Shown piece by piece: positions 22,930-30,909 of a stretch of 32,000 nt of DNA. How positions within the stretch are numbered: the first letter of the stretch is position 1; every line of letters starts with the position of its first letter. Under the pieces are notes generated by a model. It did not search any database. It worked only from the letters and a program-made list of their open reading frames with translations, and was not told where the DNA came from. The position numbers were made by a program, and so were the translations under genes. This stretch comes from a virus, in IMG/VR virus record IMGVR_UViG_3300011724_000029, positions 1 through 32,000 of that record. The stretch is one strand, 5' to 3'.

Positions 22930-23925
22930 TCAGCAAATTAATTGTAATTGTCCGTTGGATTCTGTTATGAAATCAGTTCCGTAATTGCCATCTAAAAGCA
23001 ATTCAAAGATCGCTTCTAATTCTTGGACTACTATACTGTTTCCTGCTTGGTGATAAAGAGTGCCATTTAGACAGCCTTCTTTTGACGGATGTTCCTTCAA
23101 AGCAGCCTCGTAATCAGAATCATCGAAGCCCATCAATCTCCAACATTCTCGTTCAGTTAAATATCTCCAACGACCATCTTTTGTTCTTACAACCCCACTA
23201 TTTGGACATCTCATTTGTTTAGTAGTAATTGTGTAAACAAATTCCTTTACTTCATCTAACATCCTACCTCCATAAGTGCCTGGAACAATCGGTTTATCTG
23301 GAAGTTTTCTCACCATACTAGGTTGTGTAATAATATATTTTTCGTCTACATCATCTTCTAAGAATTCTTTAATCGATCGCATCGGTCTTTTCTTCAACTT
23401 TGCGAAATCAAAATGTGTACCATTTAAAATTGATATCGTGAACAATCTTTCTCTAGCCTGCGGAATACCGAAATCACGAGCATCTAAAATTTGATACGAA
23501 TTGGTGTAACCTAAGGCCTCCATATCATCTAGATAGTGATTGAAGGCTTTCACCATTTTTTTCGAAAGTGCGTTTTTTACATTCTCCCAGATAACTACTT
23601 TCGGTTTCCAAACTCCTAAATTTTCAATGATTTTAATAGTTTCAAACATAAGTGAACTTCTAGTACCATCCTCCACATTGCCACCGTACTGTTTGCCTGC
23701 TATTGAAAAGTCCTGGCATGGACTACCATGTACTAAAATGTCTGGTTGCAATGTATATCCAACAACACTTTCGGGCTTATATCGATTATCAAACATAGCG
23801 TTATAAGTACGAACTGCTTTTTCATTCCACTCAACATAATCTACGGATTTGTGTACAACACCTAAATTGATAAGCGCTTTTCTTGGTGCTCCGATACCTC
23901 CGAATAATTCTAGAATTTTAATCAT
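22930..23925 (-). CDS. DNA (cytosine-5)-methyltransferase, no cognate endonuclease in view
   Basis: Motif I 'ELFGGIG', motif IV 'GSPCQDFS', motif VI 'ENV', motif VIII 'QARERLF', motif X 'GNSI'. The ATG at 23925 lies 5 nt after AAGGCGGTGA; the track TTG is at 23961. Confidence 0.9.
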   Translation of the reverse strand: MIKILELFGGIGAPRKALINLGVVHKSVDYVEWNEKAVRTYNAMFDNRYKPESVVGYTLQPDILVHGSPCQDFSIAGKQYGGNVEDGTRSSLMFETIKIIENLGVWKPKVVIWENVKNALSKKMVKAFNHYLDDMEALGYTNSYQILDARDFGIPQARERLFTISILNGTHFDFAKLKKRPMRSIKEFLEDDVDEKYIITQPSMVRKLPDKPIVPGTYGGRMLDEVKEFVYTITTKQMRCPNSGVVRTKDGRWRYLTERECWRLMGFDDSDYEAALKEHPSKEGCLNGTLYHQAGNSIVVQELEAIFELLLDGNYGTDFITESNGQLQLIC

Positions 23926-23961
23926 ACATTTCACCGCCTTTTGCTGAACAATTTCTTTCAA

Positions 23962-24186
23962 TTACACCTCTAACTGCTTTAATTTCATGTTCCAAAGATC
24001 TGCAATTTCTTTAGCTAAATCAATCTCGAAATCATTAAAGAAATAGGCGTTTTCAATATTTTTTGTGAATGTATAATGCCATCTGATGTCAGAATCATTA
24101 GCGATATATTCATTTATGACATCAGGTAATTCACCTCGTACTTCTGAGGGTTTCAAATAACTTTGATAAACAAGGTATCTTGCCAT
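23962..24186 (-). CDS. Hypothetical protein (74 aa)
   Basis: ORF track; in the operon and tightly packed. Confidence 0.55.
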   Translation of the reverse strand: MARYLVYQSYLKPSEVRGELPDVINEYIANDSDIRWHYTFTKNIENAYFFNDFEIDLAKEIADLWNMKLKQLEV

Positions 24187-24217
24187 ATTAGATTCACCTT
24201 ATTTCGCATTTTCTTTT

Positions 24218-24595
24218 TCAATCAAAAATAGTGCCAATTATCCTTGATCTGAAATGAACATTACCTATAAAATTTTCATCTCCAGCCATAAAAGCACCCA
24301 TGTGCATACTTACATCCTCATTCCAACCATCGTCCGAATCTTCATCATCATATATACGAATAATGTGACCGTCATAAATCTCTTTACCGTCCATATCTTC
24401 ATAGCCACTATATTGTAAGAGCTTAAATTGATTTTCTTTTGCATGTTCAACTAACTCGCCAAAACCCATTTCAAATGCCACACCATTGAATGTAATTTGT
24501 TTGTTTTTGAAGTCAATCCATTCAACATCAACAATCTTTCCAGCACTTAAATGTGACTCATCAATGATTTTTGCACGAAACTTTATATTATCCAT
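24218..24595 (-). CDS. YopX-family protein
   Basis: 'IKFRAK' N-terminus and 'DMDGKEIYDGHII' match the YopX pattern. Confidence 0.7.
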   Translation of the reverse strand: MDNIKFRAKIIDESHLSAGKIVDVEWIDFKNKQITFNGVAFEMGFGELVEHAKENQFKLLQYSGYEDMDGKEIYDGHIIRIYDDEDSDDGWNEDVSMHMGAFMAGDENFIGNVHFRSRIIGTIFD

Positions 24596-24623
24596 GCCCT
24601 CACTCCTTGCTGCACATTTCCTT

Positions 24624-24860
24624 TCATTTCTGTATTTCCTTCATTTCGGATTGGTTCAATTCGATTAATTTTTGTATATAGGTAATTGCCTTTTCTAAAT
24701 CTCGAACGTTATAGCCATTCTTTTTCCCATATCGAGTTAAATATTTAATAGCGTTGATTCTGTGAAAACCGATACATTCATCTAAGTTGAAGTTTTCATC
24801 AGCAAACGCCCACACATCAATTTTGCCTTCATGATAGTGCTCTGAGTCTGGTCTATTCAT
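24624..24860 (-). CDS. DUF3310-family protein
   Basis: 'PDSEHYHEGKIDVW...INAIKYLTRYGKKNG...DLEKAITYIQKL' matches the DUF3310 pattern. Confidence 0.7.
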   Translation of the reverse strand: MNRPDSEHYHEGKIDVWAFADENFNLDECIGFHRINAIKYLTRYGKKNGYNVRDLEKAITYIQKLIELNQSEMKEIQK

Positions 24861-24890
24861 TTTGCTTCAACTCTCTTCCACACATTTTTG

Positions 24891-25508
24891 TCAGTATCCA
24901 CTCTCCTGACGATCATGATTGACCTTATTCTTCTCAAAGTAAGCATCCTTAATTTGCTTCCATGTGAAGCCAAAGCCATTCATACCGATGTTTAAGAACA
25001 ATATCCAAGCAGTTCTAAAGCAATATTCATTGTTTAAATATCCGAATGAATCTTTACATTTAGCTTCTTCTTCATCCGTAAACTTTCGGATATATGCCAA
25101 GCTCAAGAAATAATCCATTTCTAAGAACCAACTTGTTAAATCACCATCAAATTCATCTGGATCAAGTTGTTCCTCGTATACCCAAAGTGCATCTTCCCAG
25201 CCTTTTTGGTTAGCGATAGAAACAAAGAAGTGAACAGAATCAACAAATTCTTCTATAGCAGGATTCTTATCATTTGGTATAGAATGGTGTTCACACATTA
25301 CACAACCGCATATTGATTCTGTTTTTGTTCTTGGTTTCTGGTCATTGCTCCAGTGTTTAAACCAGCGCCCTTCATTTGCAAATTCAGCTAACTCAACTTT
25401 TAATGCTAAAAATGTATTAGCTGTTAAATCCTTATCTTCCAACCCTTTTTCTTTGATGATTTTTGCATCCAGTACTTTTTGTGCATCAATTATATTTTGT
25501 AAACTCAT
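24891..25508 (-). CDS. Dimeric (all-alpha, dUTPase_2/MazG-like) dUTP pyrophosphatase
   Basis: 'LALKVELAEFANEGRWFKHWS' and 'EEFVDSVHFF' resemble the dimeric dUTPase motifs. Confidence 0.65.
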   Translation of the reverse strand: MSLQNIIDAQKVLDAKIIKEKGLEDKDLTANTFLALKVELAEFANEGRWFKHWSNDQKPRTKTESICGCVMCEHHSIPNDKNPAIEEFVDSVHFFVSIANQKGWEDALWVYEEQLDPDEFDGDLTSWFLEMDYFLSLAYIRKFTDEEEAKCKDSFGYLNNEYCFRTAWILFLNIGMNGFGFTWKQIKDAYFEKNKVNHDRQESGY

Positions 25509-25684
25509 TTTTCTGCCCCTTTTCCGAATTTCATTAAGACTTGATATGGCTTTGGTTCATGATCGTAAAATTTAATATCACTGATCGGATACCGATGGTT
25601 CCTTGCTTCTGATTGGATTTGTTTATTGAGTTTTTCCCTTGTCTTGGCTTCAAGGATTTTCTTGTTTGCCTTTTTCGTTGTCAT
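25505..25684 (-). CDS. 59-aa basic hypothetical protein (below the ORF-track cutoff)
   Basis: Hand translation gives MTTKKANKKILEAKTREKLNKQIQSEARNHRYPISDIKFYDHEPKPYQVLMKFGKGAEK. GGGGTGA lies 6 nt before the ATG at 25684. The stop forms an ATGA overlap with the dUTPase start. Confidence 0.55.
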   Translation of the reverse strand: MTTKKANKKILEAKTREKLNKQIQSEARNHRYPISDIKFYDHEPKPYQVLMKFGKGAEK

Positions 25685-25701
25685 TAGTAATCACCCCTAT
25701 T

Positions 25702-26208
25702 TTAGAAAGGTAAATCGTCAGAATTAACCTCTATTGGTGCCTTACTATTAGCAAACGGATCTTCATCTACCCTTGTATAACTTGGCCGGTTGTTATTACC
25801 GCCATATTGCCCCTGTGAAGCCCCTGTATTTGCTCCCTGATAATTTGTACTAGATTCGTAGTTTGATGCGCCCTGTGAGCCTGCTGTGCTGTTTCTTGGC
25901 TCTAAGAATTGGATACTGTCTGCTACTACGTTCGTAAAATAGATTCTTTGCCCGTCTCTCTCATACGAACCTGTTTGTATTTTTCCATCAATCCCAACCA
26001 GTGACCCTTTCTTTAGATAGTTGGCTGCATTCTCCGCCTGTTTCCTCCAAGCTTGTACCTGGATGAAATCTGCTTCTCTTTCACCACTTTGGTTAGCAAA
26101 CGATCTGTTAACTGCCAATGTAAATTGAGCCTTCGCAACACCTTGTGGTGTATACGAAAGGTCAACGTCTTTTGTTAGCCGACCAGTTAAAACGACTCGG
26201 TTGATCAT
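25702..26208 (-). CDS. ssb: Single-stranded DNA-binding protein
   Basis: 'MINRVVLTGRLTKDVDL' OB-fold N-terminus, Gly/Gln/Asn-rich linker and C-terminal 'DDLPF' tip. Confidence 0.95.
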   Translation of the reverse strand: MINRVVLTGRLTKDVDLSYTPQGVAKAQFTLAVNRSFANQSGEREADFIQVQAWRKQAENAANYLKKGSLVGIDGKIQTGSYERDGQRIYFTNVVADSIQFLEPRNSTAGSQGASNYESSTNYQGANTGASQGQYGGNNNRPSYTRVDEDPFANSKAPIEVNSDDLPF

Positions 26209-26642
26209 GCCGTTTCCTCCAACAATTCAGGATTTCCGTAAATGTTGCCGATGACTTCTAAATCATAAATGTGATTTTCCTCATCGCTGTTATTCCAATA
26301 CAACTGTGATAATGGATATACATGGTCGTTCCAGCAATCAACGAACTCTTCATACATATCTGTGTTTTCATCGATTTTCACCAACAAGAAACTTCCTATT
26401 TCTAAAGTTATTTGATACTTAATACCATTACGCTCAACGATATCTCCATTGAAAATCTCCTTGCTGTTCTTGTCCTTTAAGCCTGTAAAAAACACAACAT
26501 TTTCGGATTTAATTTGTATCATAGGTGGATTATTTACATCTCCAGCCCATATACGTCCACTAGATTCCATAATCAAATCACAACCATCAATCCACTTATT
26601 GTTGATTTCATCCCAAGCACGAAACTTATTCTCTCTACTCAT
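26205..26642 (-). CDS. YopX-family protein (second paralogue)
   Basis: 'NKFRAWDEINNKWI' and 'DKNSKEIFNGDIV' are the YopX hallmarks. Confidence 0.8.
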   Translation of the reverse strand: MSRENKFRAWDEINNKWIDGCDLIMESSGRIWAGDVNNPPMIQIKSENVVFFTGLKDKNSKEIFNGDIVERNGIKYQITLEIGSFLLVKIDENTDMYEEFVDCWNDHVYPLSQLYWNNSDEENHIYDLEVIGNIYGNPELLEETA

Positions 26643-26878
26643 GCCGAAACCTCCCTCTTATCCCACTTCTCCGTGATTCGATAACCTTCTTTTTTCAATT
26701 TTTTAAAGTCTGGATGCATGAACGGAACCATTGTCCAGATGTTTTGATTGCCATCACGTTTGAACATAGTCACATACACGTTGTACTGGTTGTATTCATT
26801 TGGCTTCTGCACCTTAACTTTCGGTACTGACTTACGAGCACCAGAAACATCAATTGGAATGCCGTTGCGTCGTCTCAT
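26639..26878 (-). CDS. Hypothetical basic protein (79 aa)
   Basis: ORF track. GGAGTGA RBS. ATGA-type overlaps on both sides. Confidence 0.6.
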   Translation of the reverse strand: MRRRNGIPIDVSGARKSVPKVKVQKPNEYNQYNVYVTMFKRDGNQNIWTMVPFMHPDFKKLKKEGYRITEKWDKREVSA

Positions 26879-27147
26879 GCCGATTCACTCCTAATGACGA
26901 ATTTTTCACCATCAAACCAGTTTGCATAATCCCAAACGAATAATCCTAAATCAATAAATGGTTCGTCGTCATACGGCTTAAATGTGTCGATTTCATCGTC
27001 AGAATAGCCTAATGAACGAATCTTCTCGCGATTCTCCTCGTTATCTTCAACGTTTGCAAACAACATTGTGCTATCCTCTGTTTCATAATCATCAACTTCA
27101 ATCGAATTAATAATTTCTAACGCCTTTTGTTTATCTAATGTACTCAT
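26875..27147 (-). CDS. Hypothetical highly acidic protein (90 aa)
   Basis: ORF track. By hand count 25 of 90 residues are D/E and 8 are K/R. Confidence 0.6.
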   Translation of the reverse strand: MSTLDKQKALEIINSIEVDDYETEDSTMLFANVEDNEENREKIRSLGYSDDEIDTFKPYDDEPFIDLGLFVWDYANWFDGEKFVIRSESA

Positions 27148-27332
27148 GCAGCCATAGCCCCTTCCAATTTCATAATGAGATAATCCGTAGCCTCTTCTGC
27201 ATCTTTCAGCCCTACCATAACTCTCAATTGCTCCAAACGGTTATAAGCCATAGTTTCGTTTTGTTTGCCTCCAAAGCGTTGATGTTGTCCTAGGTACAAA
27301 ATGATTTGATCGATTAGAAACTGTTCATTCAC
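27144..27332 (-). CDS. Hypothetical protein (62 aa)
   Basis: The GTG at 27332 lies 7 nt after GAGGAGG. The longer track ORF would overlap the upstream gene by about 95 nt. Confidence 0.5.
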   Translation of the reverse strand: MNEQFLIDQIILYLGQHQRFGGKQNETMAYNRLEQLRVMVGLKDAEEATDYLIMKLEGAMAA

Positions 27333-27498
27333 AAAAATTCCTCCTCTCCAACAACTCGTTGTCTTGAAACTCCCTAATCTTTGCGATGATATGGTGCCAT
27401 TGTTGTATTTCAGTAGCATTTAAAATCCGCGTTAACTCACCGTCTCGAATCATGATTTTGCTATTACTACGTGTGATGATTTTGTTTCCGTTCGACAT
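27325..27498 (-). CDS. Hypothetical protein (57 aa)
   Basis: The ATG at 27498 lies 5 nt after AGGTGGTGA. Confidence 0.5.
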   Translation of the reverse strand: MSNGNKIITRSNSKIMIRDGELTRILNATEIQQWHHIIAKIREFQDNELLERRNFCE

Positions 27499-27499
27499 C

Positions 27500-27871
27500 C
27501 TATTCACCACCTAAAGCTTCTCGAGTAATTTTATAAGCAGGTGTTTCCCAGCCTTCCATGATAGGCGCCTCAACTTCCATGACTTGTTCAAGTGCATTTT
27601 TAAAAACACTCATTCTATCAGTTGCTTTAAATGCTGCTTTTTTAATGATTTCATAGCACTTTTCGGTTTTCTCTAATTCTGTTTGTAACCTCTCAACCTC
27701 GGCAACAAGAGCTGGCACATCTTTATGAGTCTGAGCTATAAATTCTGCATCTTCACAAGTCCATGGTATCTGTACTTGTCCGTTGTATATGCGACCAGCA
27801 ATTGCATACCATGGTCCTTCAGTAGTTTCTTCAAATCGTTCTTTAATGGCATCCAACTGTTTTTGATCCAT
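27500..27871 (-). CDS. Hypothetical phage protein with 'EGPW...DAEFIA...DVPALV' pattern
   Basis: ORF track. GGGGAGTGA RBS. The motif is common in uncharacterised early phage proteins. Confidence 0.6.
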   Translation of the reverse strand: MDQKQLDAIKERFEETTEGPWYAIAGRIYNGQVQIPWTCEDAEFIAQTHKDVPALVAEVERLQTELEKTEKCYEIIKKAAFKATDRMSVFKNALEQVMEVEAPIMEGWETPAYKITREALGGE

Positions 27872-27874
27872 CCC

Positions 27875-28051
27875 TCATTCACTCCCCACTAATTTGTTAA
27901 AAGCCTCACGGTTCCTAGTTTCTAAAGCAACATCAATCGCAGCGCCTTTGTAATTTTGTTTATTGAAATCTTCAAGTTCTGATATGAGATGATTTATTTC
28001 TACCTCTCGATAAGCTTCGAACATCTCACTAAGTTGATGACGACAATTCAT
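27875..28051 (-). CDS. Hypothetical protein (58 aa; start uncertain)
   Basis: The ATG at 28051 follows GGAGGGTGA by 4 nt. The track start is 28087. Confidence 0.45.
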   Translation of the reverse strand: MNCRHQLSEMFEAYREVEINHLISELEDFNKQNYKGAAIDVALETRNREAFNKLVGSE

Positions 28052-28083
28052 CCCTTCACCCTCCATCAAGGGGCTGTTGCCCC

Positions 28084-28968
28084 TCACTTTAATCTGTAAT
28101 TCAGCGATAAATCCTTATCAATTATTAAAAAATATCGTTTACACATCTGATAAAGCCTTGTGCCTAGAGCTTCATCCAGTAAAATCATTTGGTCAAAATC
28201 CAGCTCGCTGCTAAGGAAAATAGGTTTCTTATTCATGTACCGATAATTAACCACCGAATAAATCTGCTTAATCTCCCATGAACTAGCTTGCGGTATTTTG
28301 ATTGGCATATTGTCTTTATCTAATGCAACCTCACCGTTACGATCACGTTTGTTTACAGGTTTGAAAAGATCATCAATGAATAAAATATCTACTTCTTTCA
28401 TGCGGATAAGCTTTGCTTGTAATTTCTCAAAGTCGTCTCGCAAGTCATCAAATCCTTCAACGTAAGGAAAATATAAGACTGACTTTAATTTCTTAAGCAT
28501 CATGTTGTTACTTAATGCAGATAACAAATGTGTCTTACCGAAACCAGGTTGTCCGAGTACTGCAATTCCGACAGCCATTTCTTCTGCCTCTGTGAGCCCT
28601 GTAACTGGCTTTTCAAAATCCTTAAAGTACTTCATCGCTAAATCCTTTGCTTCAACCACTAGACTGGATTGCCCCTCCGTGTAGTAGTTTGCAAATGTCA
28701 TAGCTTTAAAGTTGTCTGTGATCTCGCTGGCCTTGATTAGCTTGTTAGCAATCTTTTGCTTTTCACATGAACAGTCAACCCATATCTGAAATGATTTGCC
28801 GCAGGTAATGCTTTTTTCATCCTCATCCACTTTCATTTCAAAGAAACCACCAACATCTTTGCACTTAGGACATGAGAACTCTTTTTGTTCATTCGTTGCT
28901 ACTTCTTCGGGTGATAATTTTAGGTACTTCTCTTGTATTTTTTGAAGTACTTGTTGCATTGGATCCAC
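28084..28968 (-). CDS. DnaC/DnaI/IstB-like AAA+ helicase loader with N-terminal Cys-rich zinc-finger region
   Basis: Walker A 'GQPGFGKTHLL', Walker B 'ILFIDDL', N-terminal 'CPKCKD...CSC'. Confidence 0.8.
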   Translation of the reverse strand: MDPMQQVLQKIQEKYLKLSPEEVATNEQKEFSCPKCKDVGGFFEMKVDEDEKSITCGKSFQIWVDCSCEKQKIANKLIKASEITDNFKAMTFANYYTEGQSSLVVEAKDLAMKYFKDFEKPVTGLTEAEEMAVGIAVLGQPGFGKTHLLSALSNNMMLKKLKSVLYFPYVEGFDDLRDDFEKLQAKLIRMKEVDILFIDDLFKPVNKRDRNGEVALDKDNMPIKIPQASSWEIKQIYSVVNYRYMNKKPIFLSSELDFDQMILLDEALGTRLYQMCKRYFLIIDKDLSLNYRLK

Positions 28969-29755
28969 TTATCTTCACCTGCCAATCTGCGTATGTTTTA
29001 ACACCATCATCTTTTCGCCAGTTATCTAAAATACCAATTACATAAGCGAATGATCTACCTCGCATTTCTTTAGCTGTTTTAATAGCCTCTAGGATTAGAG
29101 CAGGCTCATAAAAATCAAGAGCTTCATTCAGCTTTTCAAGATCAGTGTTTTTTGGTTCTCGTATACTTTGGCTAAAGAAATCTTTTAGTTTTAAAAACTG
29201 AATATCAGTGACAGGGCTGACAGACTGACAGACAACTTCTTCTATGTTGTTTATAGTCTCTGTTCTCTTAACTCTAGTCTCTAAACTCTGTTCTCTGTTC
29301 TCTGGTGGAAGTTTGTCGGACATTTGTCCGTTTTCATTTGGACATTTGTCCGACGTTTGTCCGATTAATAGCTTTTTCTCAGCTTCGATAGTCATTCGAG
29401 CTCGCTTTTTACGTTCAGCTTCTGTGGATGCTTTACCAATAAATAATTCAATATCGTTCATGTAAATAGTGCCGTTATCCAGTACCTCGATAAGCTCTAA
29501 ATCTCTGAAAATAGTAAGTGCTTTCTCCACTGTTCCAATCTGGTGACGTGTGATCGTAGCTATCATTTGAGCGTTGTAAGGGATTGTATCCTTGAACATC
29601 AAACGACCTTCATTTTTTAAGCTTTTTAGATATAGTTTGATTAGTATATTTGAGTACAACATGCCCTCTGGCATCGATTCCAACATGACTAACTCTTCAC
29701 TTTCGAAGAAGTTTTCTTTTAGCCGCATATAGTAGTACTTCTTGTTGTCTGCCAT
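28889..29755 (-). CDS. Phage replisome organizer (Phage_rep_org_N + DnaD-like C-terminal domain)
   Basis: 'YYYMRLKENFFESEELVMLE...LIKLYLKSLKNEGRLMF' matches the replisome-organizer N-domain. 'SFAYVIGILDNWRKDDGVKT' matches the DnaD/DnaB_2 domain. Confidence 0.8.
   Translation of the reverse strand: MADNKKYYYMRLKENFFESEELVMLESMPEGMLYSNILIKLYLKSLKNEGRLMFKDTIPYNAQMIATITRHQIGTVEKALTIFRDLELIEVLDNGTIYMNDIELFIGKASTEAERKKRARMTIEAEKKLLIGQTSDKCPNENGQMSDKLPPENREQSLETRVKRTETINNIEEVVCQSVSPVTDIQFLKLKDFFSQSIREPKNTDLEKLNEALDFYEPALILEAIKTAKEMRGRSFAYVIGILDNWRKDDGVKTYADWQVKISGSNATSTSKNTREVPKIITRRSSNE
29205..29365. repeat. Iteron cluster, putative phage origin of replication inside the organizer gene
   Basis: TGACAG x3 (29209, 29218, 29226). 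CTCTGTTCT x3 (29258, 29286, 29293). TTTGTC(C/G)G x4 (29312, 29322, 29344, 29356), including near-palindromic GGACATTTGTCC. Confidence 0.65.
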
Positions 29756-29770
29756 TTGCCCTCGCCCCTC

Positions 29771-30175
29771 CTATTCGATCAAAGCCCATCCATTACGTTC
29801 TGCTGCCTCGTTGTATGCTGTTACAGGAATGATAATATTGACAGGATCATAGTGTTTTAAAGCTTCTTCAAAATCCAATCCAATAAAAGCATCCGTTCCA
29901 AACGTTTTTTGCACCATTAATTTGTAGGCCTCAAATTCCAGTCTTTTCTTTACAACATCCTCTGAGTTAGGTTCTGTATAATCATCTCGAACAATAATAA
30001 ATGCATTCTCAATATCTTCCATTGTCACGTCTAAATCTTCGTCATCCCAATCACCTAAATCTGACGATTCAGCTAAGTAACGGCCCTCTTTACTACGGTT
30101 TTTTAATACAATCACTGGTACATCTGACAAGATGATATCCTCTCCACCGAAGATGTTTTGCTGAAATACTTGCAT
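29771..30175 (-). CDS. Hypothetical acidic protein (134 aa)
   Basis: ORF track. GGAGGG lies 6 nt before the ATG at 30175. Confidence 0.6.
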   Translation of the reverse strand: MQVFQQNIFGGEDIILSDVPVIVLKNRSKEGRYLAESSDLGDWDDEDLDVTMEDIENAFIIVRDDYTEPNSEDVVKKRLEFEAYKLMVQKTFGTDAFIGLDFEEALKHYDPVNIIIPVTAYNEAAERNGWALIE

Positions 30176-30207
30176 GGTTTGCCCTCCATATTTTCAATAT
30201 TCAAAAT

Positions 30208-30909
30208 TCAAGGTATATAAATCATCTTGCCTGTTGCTCTTGCTACTGCTTTAAAGATGCGCTCCATGTTGCTGTTACTATCTGATAAATGCAGCAGATG
30301 TATTTCTTCAACCTTTGATAAGTCGTTCGCCTTAAAGAACTCTAGTAAGTTTTCTAAGCTAAAATGCGATTTCATAACACGCTTTTTCATCGCTGGATGA
30401 ATACGGCCACTATCAACATTTTCATCTAATGTTTGTTGGTCATAATTACACTCAATCATGATGTGAGTTAGCCCTGTAAATCTGTATTTCACATAGTAAG
30501 TATCAGTTGAGAATAACAGCTTGCCACCGTTGTCACTTTGTAACAGGAACCCTAACGGCTCATTTACATCGTGCTGCACGTCAAACGGCAATATCGTCCA
30601 TGTACCGACTCTTAATTGCTTTTTACTTTCGACTGTAACAATACGGTGGTGCTGTAGCTGCAAAGCCTCTTGAGTACCTTTTGACATATAAACATCTAAC
30701 CCTCGATTTAACACCGATTCCACGCCTTTACAGTGGTCTTTGTGTTCATGAGTAACAAGTACACCACCAAGGCTTGAAGTCTCGAAATTAACGCCCTGCT
30801 GCATCTGTTTGAAGCTGATACCACACTCTAGGAGTAGAGGGGTGCTACCATCTGTAATGTGATAGCAATTCCCCTTACTTCCAGTTGCTAGAGTTTTGAT
30901 TTCAATCAA
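30208..30909 (-). CDS. MBL-fold metallo-hydrolase
   Basis: 'VTHEHKDH' is the HxHxDH motif. The TTG start overlaps the recT stop. Confidence 0.8.
   Translation of the reverse strand: MIEIKTLATGSKGNCYHITDGSTPLLLECGISFKQMQQGVNFETSSLGGVLVTHEHKDHCKGVESVLNRGLDVYMSKGTQEALQLQHHRIVTVESKKQLRVGTWTILPFDVQHDVNEPLGFLLQSDNGGKLLFSTDTYYVKYRFTGLTHIMIECNYDQQTLDENVDSGRIHPAMKKRVMKSHFSLENLLEFFKANDLSKVEEIHLLHLSDSNSNMERIFKAVARATGKMIYIP

Noticed and set aside
28070-28083. GGGGC-TGTT-GCCCC hairpin after the helicase loader gene as a terminator
   Set aside because: No U-tract follows on the coding strand, and the hairpin overlaps the loader stop codon (28084) by only 3 nt and lies just upstream of the next gene's start region. 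It is more likely incidental or a translational-coupling structure.
29205-29365. Repeat cluster considered as a CRISPR array
   Set aside because: The units are only 6..12 nt, abut each other without spacers, belong to three different families and lie inside a CDS. They fit origin iterons, not CRISPR.
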